Origin: Longimicrobiales bacterium
GTDB lineage: Bacteria > Gemmatimonadota > Gemmatimonadetes > Longimicrobiales > Gaopeijiaceae
Length of the DNA: 64,000 bases
NCBI GenBank assembly: GCA_963664435.2
Contig: CAXXKM010000001.1
Span: 544,001-608,000 of the forward strand
Direction of reading: 5' to 3'
Below are positions 1-9,754 of the stretch, one piece after another; the stretch's first letter is position 1, and every line of letters starts with the position of its first letter. The position numbers and the translations under genes are program-made. Below the pieces are notes generated by a model that ran no database searches, was not told where the DNA came from, and worked only from the letters and a program-made list of their open reading frames with translations.

Positions 1-3000
1 GCGGACTATCTCGTCGATGCCGGCGTCGATCCCGACGGCAGGAACGCCCTCTTGACGGACCTGGAGCACTGGTCGTGGGCCTATGCGCTGGCGACGCTGG
101 ACAGGCTGGGCTGGCAACGCGAGCCGGGCTCGATCGTCCAACCCGAAGACCTGCGTGAACGCCTCGGCGTCATCCCGGACCACCAGCGTCTCTTCCGGCG
201 CATGCTCGAGATGGCGGCGAAGTCCGGGGTGTTGAAGGAGAACGACGACGGCTTCGTGGTCGTCGCCGGATCCGAGGATCCGTGGCCGGGGGTGCTGCCG
301 GGCGATCCGGACCAGTACGCCGACGTGATGGCCGGCCGCTATGCGCATGGTCTGACCGAGACCGGGCTGTTCCGGCGGTCGGGCGGCGCTCTGGCGGACG
401 TGCTGCGCGGCCGGGAGGATCCGCTGACACTCCTGTTCAGCAGCGGGGAACCCACCGCAGCCGACCTATACCTGAAGGCGCCCGTGGCGCGCGCGGCAAA
501 CCAGATGCTGGAGGAGGCGGTCAGGGCGCTGGTGGATGCGCTGCCCGAGGGACGGCATCTCAGGATCATCGAAGTCGGCGCCGGCACCGGATCGGCCACC
601 GCGTCCGTCCTGCCGGTGCTTCCGGAAGGGCGCTTCGACTACATGTACACCGACATCTCCGCGGGCTTCTTCGCGGAGGCCGAGGCGCGTTTCGGGGATG
701 GGGACGGCTCCATCGAATACCGTCCTCTGGACATCGAGAAGGACCCCCTCGAGCAGGGGTTCACGGCCCACGGATACGATCTGCTGCTCGCGTCCAACGT
801 CCTGCACGCGACACGCTATCTGGAAGAGACGCTGACCCATTGTCGCAAGCTGCTTGCGCCCTCGGGACAGCTGATCGCACTCGAGAACCTGAGCGGCCTG
901 GGCTGGATGGACCTGACGTTCGGGCAGCTCGACGGCTGGTGGCGGTTCGCCGACGACTACCGGCCACACCACGCGCTGGCGGGTCCGGCGGTGTGGCGGC
1001 GCGCGCTCGGCGACGCGGGCTTCGAGGCGGTGGAAGTCCTGGGTGTGGACGAGTCCGACCTCGCGGGCATGCCGGACAAGGGCGTGATCGTGGCGAGCGG
1101 CCCCGCGCGGGTGCAGGAGCCGCCGGGCGCCTGGATTCTGGCCGCCGACCAGGGCGGCATCGCCGAGCGGCTGGCGAACGATCTGGCGGCACGCAACCAG
1201 ACGGTCGTGCTGGCGGCCGGTGGCGAACCGGAAGACGAGCGGCGGGATGCGACCGGCCCCGAGGTCTTCGTCACGACGCTGGAGATGGATCGGCGCGAGT
1301 CGTGGCGGTCGCTGATCGAGAGCCTCCCCGCGGACGTTCCTTTACGGGGCGTTGCGCACCTCATGGCCCTGGACGGGCACGGACAGGATGCGACGACCGC
1401 GGAAGTCGCCGCCGATGTCGCGCGCGGGGGGACAGCCGCGCTTGCCATGGTGCAGGGGGTCACCGACTCCGGCCGGAACCCGGATCGGGGCGTGTGGTTC
1501 GTCACGCGAGGCGCGCAGGTGCTGGAGCGCGAGACCGGCGGCCAGCTCGCCGGTGCGGTCCTGTGGGGCCTGGGCAAGGGGGTGGCCCGGGAGGCCGCCC
1601 ATCTGCAGCCGAGGATGATCGATCTGGACCCCGGGGAGAGGGCGGCCGACCCGGACCTGGCGAACGAGCTCATGTATCCGGACTCGGAAAACCACATCGT
1701 CCACCGCTTCGGACGTCGCCGGGTGGCCCGTCTGATTCGCGCGGAGTCGGACGCGGAGCGGCTGGCGCTCCCGGACGACCCCGACTGGGTGCTGGCTCCT
1801 GATCCGGGCGGGGTGTTCGACAGGCCTTTCGTGCAGCCGCTGCCGGCGCGGCCTCTGGACCCGGGAGAGGTGCGCGTCGCGGTCGAGGCGGCGGGACTCA
1901 ACTTCTGGGACGTGTTCCGCTCGCTGGGCTTCATCGAGGAGGGGCTGCTGGGCAGGGAGATGTGCGGCCATGTCATTCAGGTGGGCTCCGGTGTGTCCGA
2001 GGCAGGGGTCGGCGATCATGTGGTCGGAATGGGGTTCGGGGCATTCGGCCCGGAGATGATCACGCACGCGGAACTGGTGGCTCCCGCGCCCGAGGGGTTC
2101 CCGGTAACCGGACTGGCGGCGGTCCCCAGCGCCTTCGTGTCGGCGGCCCTCTCGTTCGAATTCACGGGACTGGAGCCCGGCGAACGGGTGCTGATCCACG
2201 CGGGCGCGGGCGGCGTGGGCCTCGCGGCCATCCAGTGGGTGCAGGCCGCGGGCGCCGAGGTCTTCGCCACCGCGAGCGCGCCCAAACAGGCGTATCTGCG
2301 GTCCCTCGGCGTGAAGCACGTCTTCGACAGCCGCACCATCGACTTCGGGCGCGAGATTCTCGAGGCCACGGAAGGCGAGGGCGTGGATGTCGTTCTGAAC
2401 AGCCTGACGGGAGAGGGCTTCATCGACGCCAGCCTCTCGTGCCTCAAGCGCGGCGGCCGTTTCGTGGAGATGGCCCGACGGGACATCCTCAGCGAAGAGG
2501 AGATGGCCGCGGTACGTCCCGACGTGCCCTATCACATCCTGGAACTGGACGTTCTGAAGAAGACGGATCCGGCGCGGGTGGGAAGGGTCCTGCGCGGCGT
2601 GATGGCACGCATCGACTCGGGAGAGCTCAGTCCCATCATCCACAGCCGCTGGCCCCTGGCGGAGGCCGGCGCGGCGCTGAGCTTCATGAGATCGGCGCGG
2701 CATCTCGGAAAGATTGTCGTGACCACGCCCCCGCTCACGGGTGGCCGGCTGCGGCCGGACCGGACCTACCTGGTCACCGGCGGCCTGGGCGGCATCGGTT
2801 GTGCGGTGGCCGAATGGCTGGCCGACCGGGGCGCGGGCGCCATCGTGCTGAACGGCCGGCGCCCGCCGGATCCCGACGCCGAGGAGACCGTCCGTTCGCT
2901 CCGGGAACGCGGGGTGACGGTCGAAGTGGAGCTGGCCGACATCGCGGACGGGAACGCGGTCGACGAGATGCTTGCGCGCATGGACCTGAGGCTGCCGCCG

Positions 3001-6000
3001 CTCGGGGGCGTGATCCACAGCGTGGGAGTCCTGTCCGACGGCGCCCTCCCCAACCAGACCTGGGAGAGGTTCGAACAGGTTCTGTGGCCCAAGATCCTGG
3101 GTGCCTGGCATCTGCATCGCGCGACGCTCGACCGCGATCTGGACATGTTTGTCCTTTTTTCCAGCCGGGTGGGCATGATGGGGAATCCCGGCCAGGCGAA
3201 CCACGCCGCCGCCAACGCCTTCCTCGACCAGCTTGCCGGCCACCGCCGCGCCCTGGGGCTCGCCGGACAGGCCATCGCATGGGGCGCGTGGTCGGAAATC
3301 GGCGAGGCCGCCGAGCAACGAGAGCGGATCGACCAGCGGCGCTCGGCCCTCGGCGGCCGCTGGTTCACGCCGCAACAGGGCATCAGGGCGTTCGACCGGC
3401 TCGTGCGCCAGGACGTGACCCATTCCGTCGTGATGGCGATGGACTGGGGCGTGTTCGAAGAAGCCGTCGACGAGCGTCCGCCCCTTCTCGAGGAGCTGTT
3501 CTCCGGGGCCTCCGAGGCCGAGCCGGAGACCGCGTCTGCCCCGAGGGATGTTCTGTCCCGCGTACGGGAATCCCCCGCGGCGGAGCGCGAGAAAGTGCTG
3601 GTGTCCTTCCTGCAGGGCGAGGTGCAGGCCGTGCTGCGGCTGCCGTCGGCTCCGGCGCCGGCGGTGGGGTTCTTCGACCTGGGGATGGACTCGTTGATGG
3701 CCGTCGAGCTGCGCAACCGGCTCAACCGCGCCCTCTCGGGAGCGTACACGGCACCCAACACACTCGTGTTCGACTACCCGGACATCGCCTCGCTCGCCGC
3801 TCACCTGAACGGCGAACTGGGCGAGGACGGGGCGGCGGCGGCCGCCGAGCGTCAGCCGGTGCCCGCCCCCGGACCTCAGCCGGAACCGGCGAGCGCGCCG
3901 GACGCGTCGGACGAAGACGACGCCATCGCGATCGTCGGGATGGCGTGCCGATTCCCCGGAGCCCCTGACCTCGCCTCCTTCTGGAGCCTGCTCCAGGGCG
4001 GGGCCGATCTGGTGACGGACGGACGCCGGGATCCCGGTCCCTGGGACGGCGTCGCCGGAGATCCGGCCGGACCCGACGACGCTTCCCGTCGGGGCGCGTT
4101 CCTCGAGGACATCGACAAGTTCGACGCCAGGTTCTTCCGGATTACGCCGATCGAGGCGCGCATGATGGATCCGCGGCAGCGCCTGCTGCTCGAAACAACC
4201 TGGCATGCGCTCGAGGACGCGGGGGTGGATCCCGAGCGACTGAAGGGCAGCAACACCGGTGTCTATGTCGGGGTCGGAAACGGCGACTACCGGGATGTGG
4301 CGGCGATGAGTGGCGAGGCCCACGGCTACCTCGGCACGACCATGAGCGTCACCGCCGGGCGGATCTCCTTCGCCCTGGGGCTCACAGGCCCGGCGATCCC
4401 GCTGGACATGGCGTGCGCGTCCTCCCTGGCAGCCGTCCACCAGGCCGCTTCCGCACTCCGGCACGGCGAAGTGGAGATGGCCCTGGTCAGCGGCGTCAAC
4501 GCAATCCTGTCCCCGGACATAACGACCTTCATGAAAGAGGTCGGCATGCTGTCGGCAACGGGACGCTGCAGCACCTTCGACGCGGCGGCGGACGGCTTCG
4601 TGCGCGGGGAGGGCTGCGGCGTCGTCGTGCTGAAGCGACTGAGCGAGGCGCGGGCGGACGGTGACCGCATCTGGGGCGTGATCCGGGGATCCGCGGTCAA
4701 CCAGAACGGGCCCAGCGCGGGGCTGACCGTACCCAACGGACCGGCCCAGGAGCGCGTCATCGAAGAAGCCCTTGCCCGCGCCGGGATCGCGCCGGCAGAG
4801 GTGGACTATCTGGAGGCACACGGAGCAGGATCCGATCTGGGCGATCCGATCGAGGTGCAGGCGGCGGCAGCCGTCTACGGCCGGGAACGGAGCCCGGAGC
4901 GCCCGCTGCTGATCGGGTCCGTGAAAACCAACATCGGCCACTCGGAGTGCGCGGCCGGAGTGGCCAGCCTGATCAAGGCCGTCCTTTCCATGAACGAGGG
5001 CAGCATCCCGAAGCAGCTTCACTTCCACGACCCGAACCCGCACTTGGCGTGGGACCAGCTTCCGGTCCGGGTCACTTCCGAGTCCATGGACTGGCCTTCC
5101 CGTCCCGGGCGTCCGGCGCGCGCCGGGGTGAGTTCCTTCGGGCTCTCCGGGACGAACGCACACGTGGTGGTCGAAGCGGGCGCCGTCGAGGGGAATGCTT
5201 CAGCGCTGGCGGGCGCGACCCGGCCAGCCGGTCCTGCCCGGACCGCGCCGGTCGAGCTGCCCGGAAACGCGGTCGAACTGCCGGTTGCCGGGGGCGAGTT
5301 CGTTCCCCGCGCGATGCGCGTGCTGCCGCTCTCCGGGAAATCTCCAGCCGCATTGCGGGAACTCGCGCAGCGGTACCGGACCTGGTTGGACGAGCATGAG
5401 GAGGAGTTGTCCGCGGGAGGCGGCGCGGCGGAGACCCTGCTCGCCGACATGGCCTGGACGGCCGGCGTGGGGCGCAGTCACTTCGCTCGCCGCGCAGGTC
5501 TGGTCTTCGGCGATGCCGCGTCGCTGCTGGAGGGGCTCGACGCCCTGCTGCGGGCGGACCTGGGGCCGGAGCCGAGAGGGATGCCGGAGCCTCCCCCGCC
5601 CCCCAGGACCGCCTTCGTGTACACCGGCGAGGGCAGTGAGCGGATCGGAATGGGGCGGGATCTCTACGAAACCGAGCCCGTGGTCCGTGCGGTGCTGGAT
5701 CGGTGTGACGCCGTGTTCGGAGCCGAACGTGGGGGAGCCTCCCTGATCGACGTCATGTTCGGACGGGCGGGTGCGGCGGGCAGGCTGGGCGACCCGGAGT
5801 GGGCGCAGCCGGCCGTCTACTCGCTCGCGTGCGCGCTCACGGCGCTCTGGGCAAGCGTGGGCGTGCGGCCCGGGGTGGTCGCGGGACACGGCGTCGCCGA
5901 GGTAGCCGCCGCCTGGGCCGCGGGCGTGTTCAGCCTGGAAGACGGGCTGCGCATCGCAGCCGCCCGCGGAGCCGCGATGAGTCGGCCGAGAGTACGGATG

Positions 6001-6471
6001 GCGGCGGCGGCTCCGGCCGGCGATCGCTCCGGTCCGGATCCGGATCCACTGGCTGAACTGGAAGCCGTGTGCTCCGGCATGACGTTCACCCCTCCGGAAA
6101 TCGCGATGGTGAGCGAGCTCACGGGCGCCGTCCTGGCGGCTGACGCAGGGCTCGACGGCACGTACTGGCGCCGACAGGCGAACGCGGCGCACAAAACGGC
6201 CGGACTGACCCGGGCGCTCGCGGGGGCGGAAGCGGAACTCGTCGTGGAGGTCGGCCCGCGGCCGGGAGCGGGACCCGCCCGGCTGGGGATGTGGCCCGAA
6301 GCGGCCAGCCGAGCCGACAGCACCTCCTTCGCGGAGTCAGTGGCGCGAGCCTACGAGGCAGGGTTGCCGATTTCGTTCGCCGGACTGTTCGCGGGGGAGG
6401 CGCGCCGCCGGATCTCCCTTCCCGGCTATCCGTTCCAGCGCAGAAGACACTGGTTCGACCCGGCCCGATGA
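1..6471 (+). CDS. supA: Type I polyketide synthase, SupA-like (5'-truncated by window): ...cMT-ER-KR-ACP-KS-degenerate AT
   Basis: Frame 1 is open from base 1. Motifs: MT IIEVGAGTGS; ER LIHAGAGGVGLAA; KR YLVTGGLGGIG and GQANHAAAN; ACP FFDLGMDSLMAVELRN; KS DMACASSL, EAHGAG, KTNIGH; AT remnant GHGVAE; terminal LPGYPFQR. This domain order plus neighbouring ACP, hydrolase and permease fits the sponge-symbiont sup PKS. The PKS call is firm; the supA label is inference. Confidence 0.9.
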   Translation, partial: ADYLVDAGVDPDGRNALLTDLEHWSWAYALATLDRLGWQREPGSIVQPEDLRERLGVIPDHQRLFRRMLEMAAKSGVLKENDDGFVVVAGSEDPWPGVLPGDPDQYADVMAGRYAHGLTETGLFRRSGGALADVLRGREDPLTLLFSSGEPTAADLYLKAPVARAANQMLEEAVRALVDALPEGRHLRIIEVGAGTGSATASVLPVLPEGRFDYMYTDISAGFFAEAEARFGDGDGSIEYRPLDIEKDPLEQGFTAHGYDLLLASNVLHATRYLEETLTHCRKLLAPSGQLIALENLSGLGWMDLTFGQLDGWWRFADDYRPHHALAGPAVWRRALGDAGFEAVEVLGVDESDLAGMPDKGVIVASGPARVQEPPGAWILAADQGGIAERLANDLAARNQTVVLAAGGEPEDERRDATGPEVFVTTLEMDRRESWRSLIESLPADVPLRGVAHLMALDGHGQDATTAEVAADVARGGTAALAMVQGVTDSGRNPDRGVWFVTRGAQVLERETGGQLAGAVLWGLGKGVAREAAHLQPRMIDLDPGERAADPDLANELMYPDSENHIVHRFGRRRVARLIRAESDAERLALPDDPDWVLAPDPGGVFDRPFVQPLPARPLDPGEVRVAVEAAGLNFWDVFRSLGFIEEGLLGREMCGHVIQVGSGVSEAGVGDHVVGMGFGAFGPEMITHAELVAPAPEGFPVTGLAAVPSAFVSAALSFEFTGLEPGERVLIHAGAGGVGLAAIQWVQAAGAEVFATASAPKQAYLRSLGVKHVFDSRTIDFGREILEATEGEGVDVVLNSLTGEGFIDASLSCLKRGGRFVEMARRDILSEEEMAAVRPDVPYHILELDVLKKTDPARVGRVLRGVMARIDSGELSPIIHSRWPLAEAGAALSFMRSARHLGKIVVTTPPLTGGRLRPDRTYLVTGGLGGIGCAVAEWLADRGAGAIVLNGRRPPDPDAEETVRSLRERGVTVEVELADIADGNAVDEMLARMDLRLPPLGGVIHSVGVLSDGALPNQTWERFEQVLWPKILGAWHLHRATLDRDLDMFVLFSSRVGMMGNPGQANHAAANAFLDQLAGHRRALGLAGQAIAWGAWSEIGEAAEQRERIDQRRSALGGRWFTPQQGIRAFDRLVRQDVTHSVVMAMDWGVFEEAVDERPPLLEELFSGASEAEPETASAPRDVLSRVRESPAAEREKVLVSFLQGEVQAVLRLPSAPAPAVGFFDLGMDSLMAVELRNRLNRALSGAYTAPNTLVFDYPDIASLAAHLNGELGEDGAAAAAERQPVPAPGPQPEPASAPDASDEDDAIAIVGMACRFPGAPDLASFWSLLQGGADLVTDGRRDPGPWDGVAGDPAGPDDASRRGAFLEDIDKFDARFFRITPIEARMMDPRQRLLLETTWHALEDAGVDPERLKGSNTGVYVGVGNGDYRDVAAMSGEAHGYLGTTMSVTAGRISFALGLTGPAIPLDMACASSLAAVHQAASALRHGEVEMALVSGVNAILSPDITTFMKEVGMLSATGRCSTFDAAADGFVRGEGCGVVVLKRLSEARADGDRIWGVIRGSAVNQNGPSAGLTVPNGPAQERVIEEALARAGIAPAEVDYLEAHGAGSDLGDPIEVQAAAAVYGRERSPERPLLIGSVKTNIGHSECAAGVASLIKAVLSMNEGSIPKQLHFHDPNPHLAWDQLPVRVTSESMDWPSRPGRPARAGVSSFGLSGTNAHVVVEAGAVEGNASALAGATRPAGPARTAPVELPGNAVELPVAGGEFVPRAMRVLPLSGKSPAALRELAQRYRTWLDEHEEELSAGGGAAETLLADMAWTAGVGRSHFARRAGLVFGDAASLLEGLDALLRADLGPEPRGMPEPPPPPRTAFVYTGEGSERIGMGRDLYETEPVVRAVLDRCDAVFGAERGGASLIDVMFGRAGAAGRLGDPEWAQPAVYSLACALTALWASVGVRPGVVAGHGVAEVAAAWAAGVFSLEDGLRIAAARGAAMSRPRVRMAAAAPAGDRSGPDPDPLAELEAVCSGMTFTPPEIAMVSELTGAVLAADAGLDGTYWRRQANAAHKTAGLTRALAGAEAELVVEVGPRPGAGPARLGMWPEAASRADSTSFAESVARAYEAGLPISFAGLFAGEARRRISLPGYPFQRRRHWFDPAR

Positions 6472-8228
6472 GCGCCCGCAGTCCCCGCAGCGATCCCTCA
6501 CTTCGTTACCAGGCCGACGAGAAAGCCCCGCCGCGCCTCGCGCTGGGGGTCGGCCTGCAGCTGGCGGTGCTCAACATCGCCGCCGTGATGCTCATTCCCA
6601 TGGTGGTGATGCGGGCCGCCGGCATGAGCGACGCCTACCTGTCCTGGGCCGTGGTGGCGTCGGTGACCATCTGCGGCGTGGCGACCGTCTTGCAGGCGCT
6701 GCGCGCCGGACGCATCGGGATGGGGCATGTGATGGTCATGGGCACCTCCGGGGCTTTCATCCCCGCCTCGATCATGGCGCTCGTGGAGGGGGGCCCCGCC
6801 CTGCTCGCAGTGCTGGTCGTAGTCTCCGCGATGGTCCCGCTCCTGCTCTCCTGGCGGCTTTCCCTCTTCCAGCGCGTCCTGACGCCCGCCGTCTCGGGCA
6901 CCGTGATCATGCTCATCCCGGTCACGGTCATGCCGTTCATCGGCGGCCTCCTCTCCGGCTCCCCCGACACGGGCACCGTCCCGGGCGCGTCGGTCAGCTT
7001 CTTCGCAACGGTGCTCCTCATCGGCGGCCTTGCGCTCAAGGCGAGCGGAACACTGCGGCTATGGGCCCCCGTGATCGGGGTAATCCTGGGCTCGGCGATC
7101 GCGGCCGGATACGGCCTCTACGACCTCGAGCGCGTCGCGGCTGCTCCCTGGCTGGACCTGCCGCGGATCCAGGCCCCTGGTCTGGATCTCGAGTTCGGCA
7201 CGGCATTCTGGACGCTGCTCCCCTCCTTCCTGCTCGTTGCCGTTATCGCAGCAATCCGGACGATGAGCAGCGCGGTGGCGGTCCAGCGCGTCTCGTGGCG
7301 CCGAAGGAGCCGCGCGGTCGACTTCCGCGCCGTACAGGGTACCATGACGGTGGACGGAGTGGGCAACCTCCTCGCCGGCCTCGCCGGGACCGTCCCCGGC
7401 AGCGCAACCACCACGAGCGTGCCCCTGACGCAGCTCACCGGAGTGGCGGCGCGCGCAGTCGGGATCGTGGCGGGAGCAACGTTCATCGCGTTCGCCTTCC
7501 TGCCGAAGCCGTTCGCGGCCGTACTGGCGATTCCCGACCCGGTTTTCGCCGGCTATCTCGTCGTTCTGCTCGCCATGCTCTTCGCGATCGGCATGAAGAT
7601 CGTGCTGCAGGGCGGCCTGGGGTACCGCGAGGGCATGGTCGTCGGCATCGCCTTCCTCGCCGGGGTGGGCTTCCAGTACGGCCTGATCTTCCCCGGGGAG
7701 GCGTCTCGATTCGCGGGCGGCCTGCTCGAGAACGGCATGAATGCCGGCGGTTTCAGCGCCATCCTCATGACCCTCTTCCTCCGCCTCACGGAGCCCCGCC
7801 CGAGCCGCATCGAAGCGGGACTCGACAGCGCGCAACTACCGACGATCCGGAAGTTCCTGGACGATTTCGCGTCCCGCGGCGGTTGGGGCGAGGAGATGGC
7901 CGAGCGGCTTGGGGCCGCCGCCGAGGAGGCGCTGCTCGCGCTCGCGCGGGGGACCGATTCCGGACCGGACGAGGACAGCGGCCGCCGGCTCCTGTTGACA
8001 GCGCACATCGAGAAGCGCGGGGCCGTGCTCGAATTCGTTGTCGGTCCCGGAACCGAGAACCTGCAGGACCGGATCGCCCTGCTCGAAGACCACTCCGACG
8101 AAGCCTCCATGGAGCGGGAGGTGTCGCTGCGCCTGCTCCGCCACCTTGCCTCTTCGGTCCGCCACCAGCAGTACCACGACACCGAGATCGTAACGGTGCG
8201 CGTGGAGGAAGTCCGCGGCTCCGGCTGA
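6468..8228 (+). CDS. NCS2 (xanthine/uracil permease)-like transporter with C-terminal RsbW/HATPase-like domain
   Basis: ATGA overlap with the PKS stop. N-terminal LRYQADEKAPPRLALGVGLQ, many hydrophobic helices and DGVGNLLAGLAG are typical of NCS2; about 140-aa soluble tail. Confidence 0.8.
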   Translation: MSARSPRSDPSLRYQADEKAPPRLALGVGLQLAVLNIAAVMLIPMVVMRAAGMSDAYLSWAVVASVTICGVATVLQALRAGRIGMGHVMVMGTSGAFIPASIMALVEGGPALLAVLVVVSAMVPLLLSWRLSLFQRVLTPAVSGTVIMLIPVTVMPFIGGLLSGSPDTGTVPGASVSFFATVLLIGGLALKASGTLRLWAPVIGVILGSAIAAGYGLYDLERVAAAPWLDLPRIQAPGLDLEFGTAFWTLLPSFLLVAVIAAIRTMSSAVAVQRVSWRRRSRAVDFRAVQGTMTVDGVGNLLAGLAGTVPGSATTTSVPLTQLTGVAARAVGIVAGATFIAFAFLPKPFAAVLAIPDPVFAGYLVVLLAMLFAIGMKIVLQGGLGYREGMVVGIAFLAGVGFQYGLIFPGEASRFAGGLLENGMNAGGFSAILMTLFLRLTEPRPSRIEAGLDSAQLPTIRKFLDDFASRGGWGEEMAERLGAAAEEALLALARGTDSGPDEDSGRRLLLTAHIEKRGAVLEFVVGPGTENLQDRIALLEDHSDEASMEREVSLRLLRHLASSVRHQQYHDTEIVTVRVEEVRGSG

Positions 8229-8314
8229 CGGATCGTCGCGGGAGCGAACGCCGGATTTCGCCGAGGAACGGATCGCAGAAATCCCTCACCTCAACTCACG
8301 GGAGAACACACCCC

Positions 8315-8728
8315 ATGCACGATGTCAACCTGCTCGCAGTGCTGGTCGCCGGGATCGTCCCGATGATCGTCGGCATGCTCTGGTACGGACCGCTGTTCGG
8401 CAAGCGCTGGATGGCGCTGATGGAGACGACGCCCGAGGAAATCCAGGAGGGCTTCAACCCGCTCAAGACCTACGGCATCAGCTTCCTGCTCTCGCTGGTC
8501 ACCGCGTTCATTCTGGCCCAGCTGATCGCCGATATCGCTCCGGGGACCGTCTCGTCGATCGTCGGCGTACACGTGGGACTCATGGCGCTGGTTGCCTTCG
8601 TCCTCCCGGTCGCGCACCAGGGGGTCACGTTCGAGGGGCGCAAACCCGGGCTCGCATGGCTGAACGTCGGCTACAACGGAGTGTCGCTCATCGGACAGGC
8701 GGTTGTCATCGCCTTGTGGCCTGCATAG
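8315..8728 (+). CDS. DUF1761-like small membrane protein
   Basis: GGAGA RBS then ATG; VNLLAVLVA...GMLWYGPLFGKRW pattern; about 4 TM helices. Confidence 0.8.
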   Translation: MHDVNLLAVLVAGIVPMIVGMLWYGPLFGKRWMALMETTPEEIQEGFNPLKTYGISFLLSLVTAFILAQLIADIAPGTVSSIVGVHVGLMALVAFVLPVAHQGVTFEGRKPGLAWLNVGYNGVSLIGQAVVIALWPA

Positions 8729-8744
8729 CGACCGCGCGCTCTTC

Positions 8745-9664
8745 CTACTGGAGTAGCCCGCACTCCTCCAGGAACCCTCGCATCATCGCGACGCACTCCG
8801 CCGGCTGTTCCACCTGAAGGAAGTGCGTCGTCTCGGGGACGAAGTCGTAGTTGACGGCCCCGATGTGGGTGAGGTCGAACGTGGGCAGGTACGCGTAGGC
8901 AACGTCGGATCGGAGCCGATCACCTTGGTCGGACACGGCAGATTCCCGAAATCGACGAGGAACGCGTAGGTCCTCACGTAGGCGATGATCTGCGCTTCGT
9001 ATTCGCGAGGACAGCGAAGCTCGTAGCCGCCTTCCCCCGCGGATTCCCGCAGAACCGTTCGAGCCATCAGATCCGCCGCACCGGGAACCGCCCGGGTAAG
9101 CAGGGGCAGAAAGCTGAGGAGTTCCGTGAAATCCTCCCGCTTGTGAAATCGGTCCGCGCGGCGGCTCGCCATCCCCGCGGCGGCCTCGGCCAGCGCGTCG
9201 AAATCCGGGTCCTTCGGTCCAGGTCTGTAGAGCGGCGGATCGAACAGGACCCACGCGGCCAACCTGTCGCACCCACCTGTCCCCAAGGTCGATGAGAGGA
9301 GCGTCGTCAGCGCGGCAAGCGAATGAAATACCCCGGTCGTGGGTCGTTCGCCGTACCGGCGCGCGGCTGCTTCGATAACGCGCTCCTGGTCCCGGACCAG
9401 GTTGGGCATGTTGTGCTCGGGGCGTTCCCCGACGGCATTCCAGCCATGGTTCCGCAGATCGTAGAGCAGCACATCGAAGTCACCCGTCAGCAACGACCAG
9501 AACGGGTAGTAGAAGTCCATCGCCAGCCCGTTGCCGTGGCCCAGCAGAAGCCGCGGGCCGGCCGGATTCCCATGCCTGCGCAGAATCGTTACGCTGCCGT
9601 CGTCCTGACGGACCTCGTGCACGGAGCGCGGCTCGGGGATCTCCCATCTGCCTGCCCTGTTCAT
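8745..9664 (-). pseudogene. Alpha/beta hydrolase (sup-cluster type) with a single-base frameshift near 8899
   Basis: HGNG oxyanion motif, YDLRNHG and nucleophile FHSLAA. The frame reads ...SDPTLP; a hydrolase-like C-terminus (YAYLP...THFLQVEQPAEC) continues in another frame to the stop at 8745. May be a sequencing error. Confidence 0.75.
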
Positions 9665-9706
9665 GCGTGGCGGCCGCTACACCCCCGATGCGCTATGTCG
9701 AAATCA

Positions 9707-9730
9707 GCACCCGCCCGGCCGGGCGGGTGC
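9707..9730. terminator. Perfect 24-bp palindrome (hairpin) between ACP and hydrolase genes
   Basis: GCACCCGCCCGGCCGGGCGGGTGC is self-complementary, flanked by ATCA/TGAT. No U-tract, so it may be a stabilising hairpin rather than a terminator. Confidence 0.45.
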
Positions 9731-9754
9731 GTGATGAGACGGGACGCGCCTCGA

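Noticed and set aside
1342..5163. 1273-aa antisense ORF and many other long overlapping ORFs (e.g. 41181-43940, 57699-60458)
   Set aside because: Shadow ORFs expected at high GC; they lack family motifs and overlap well-supported genes.
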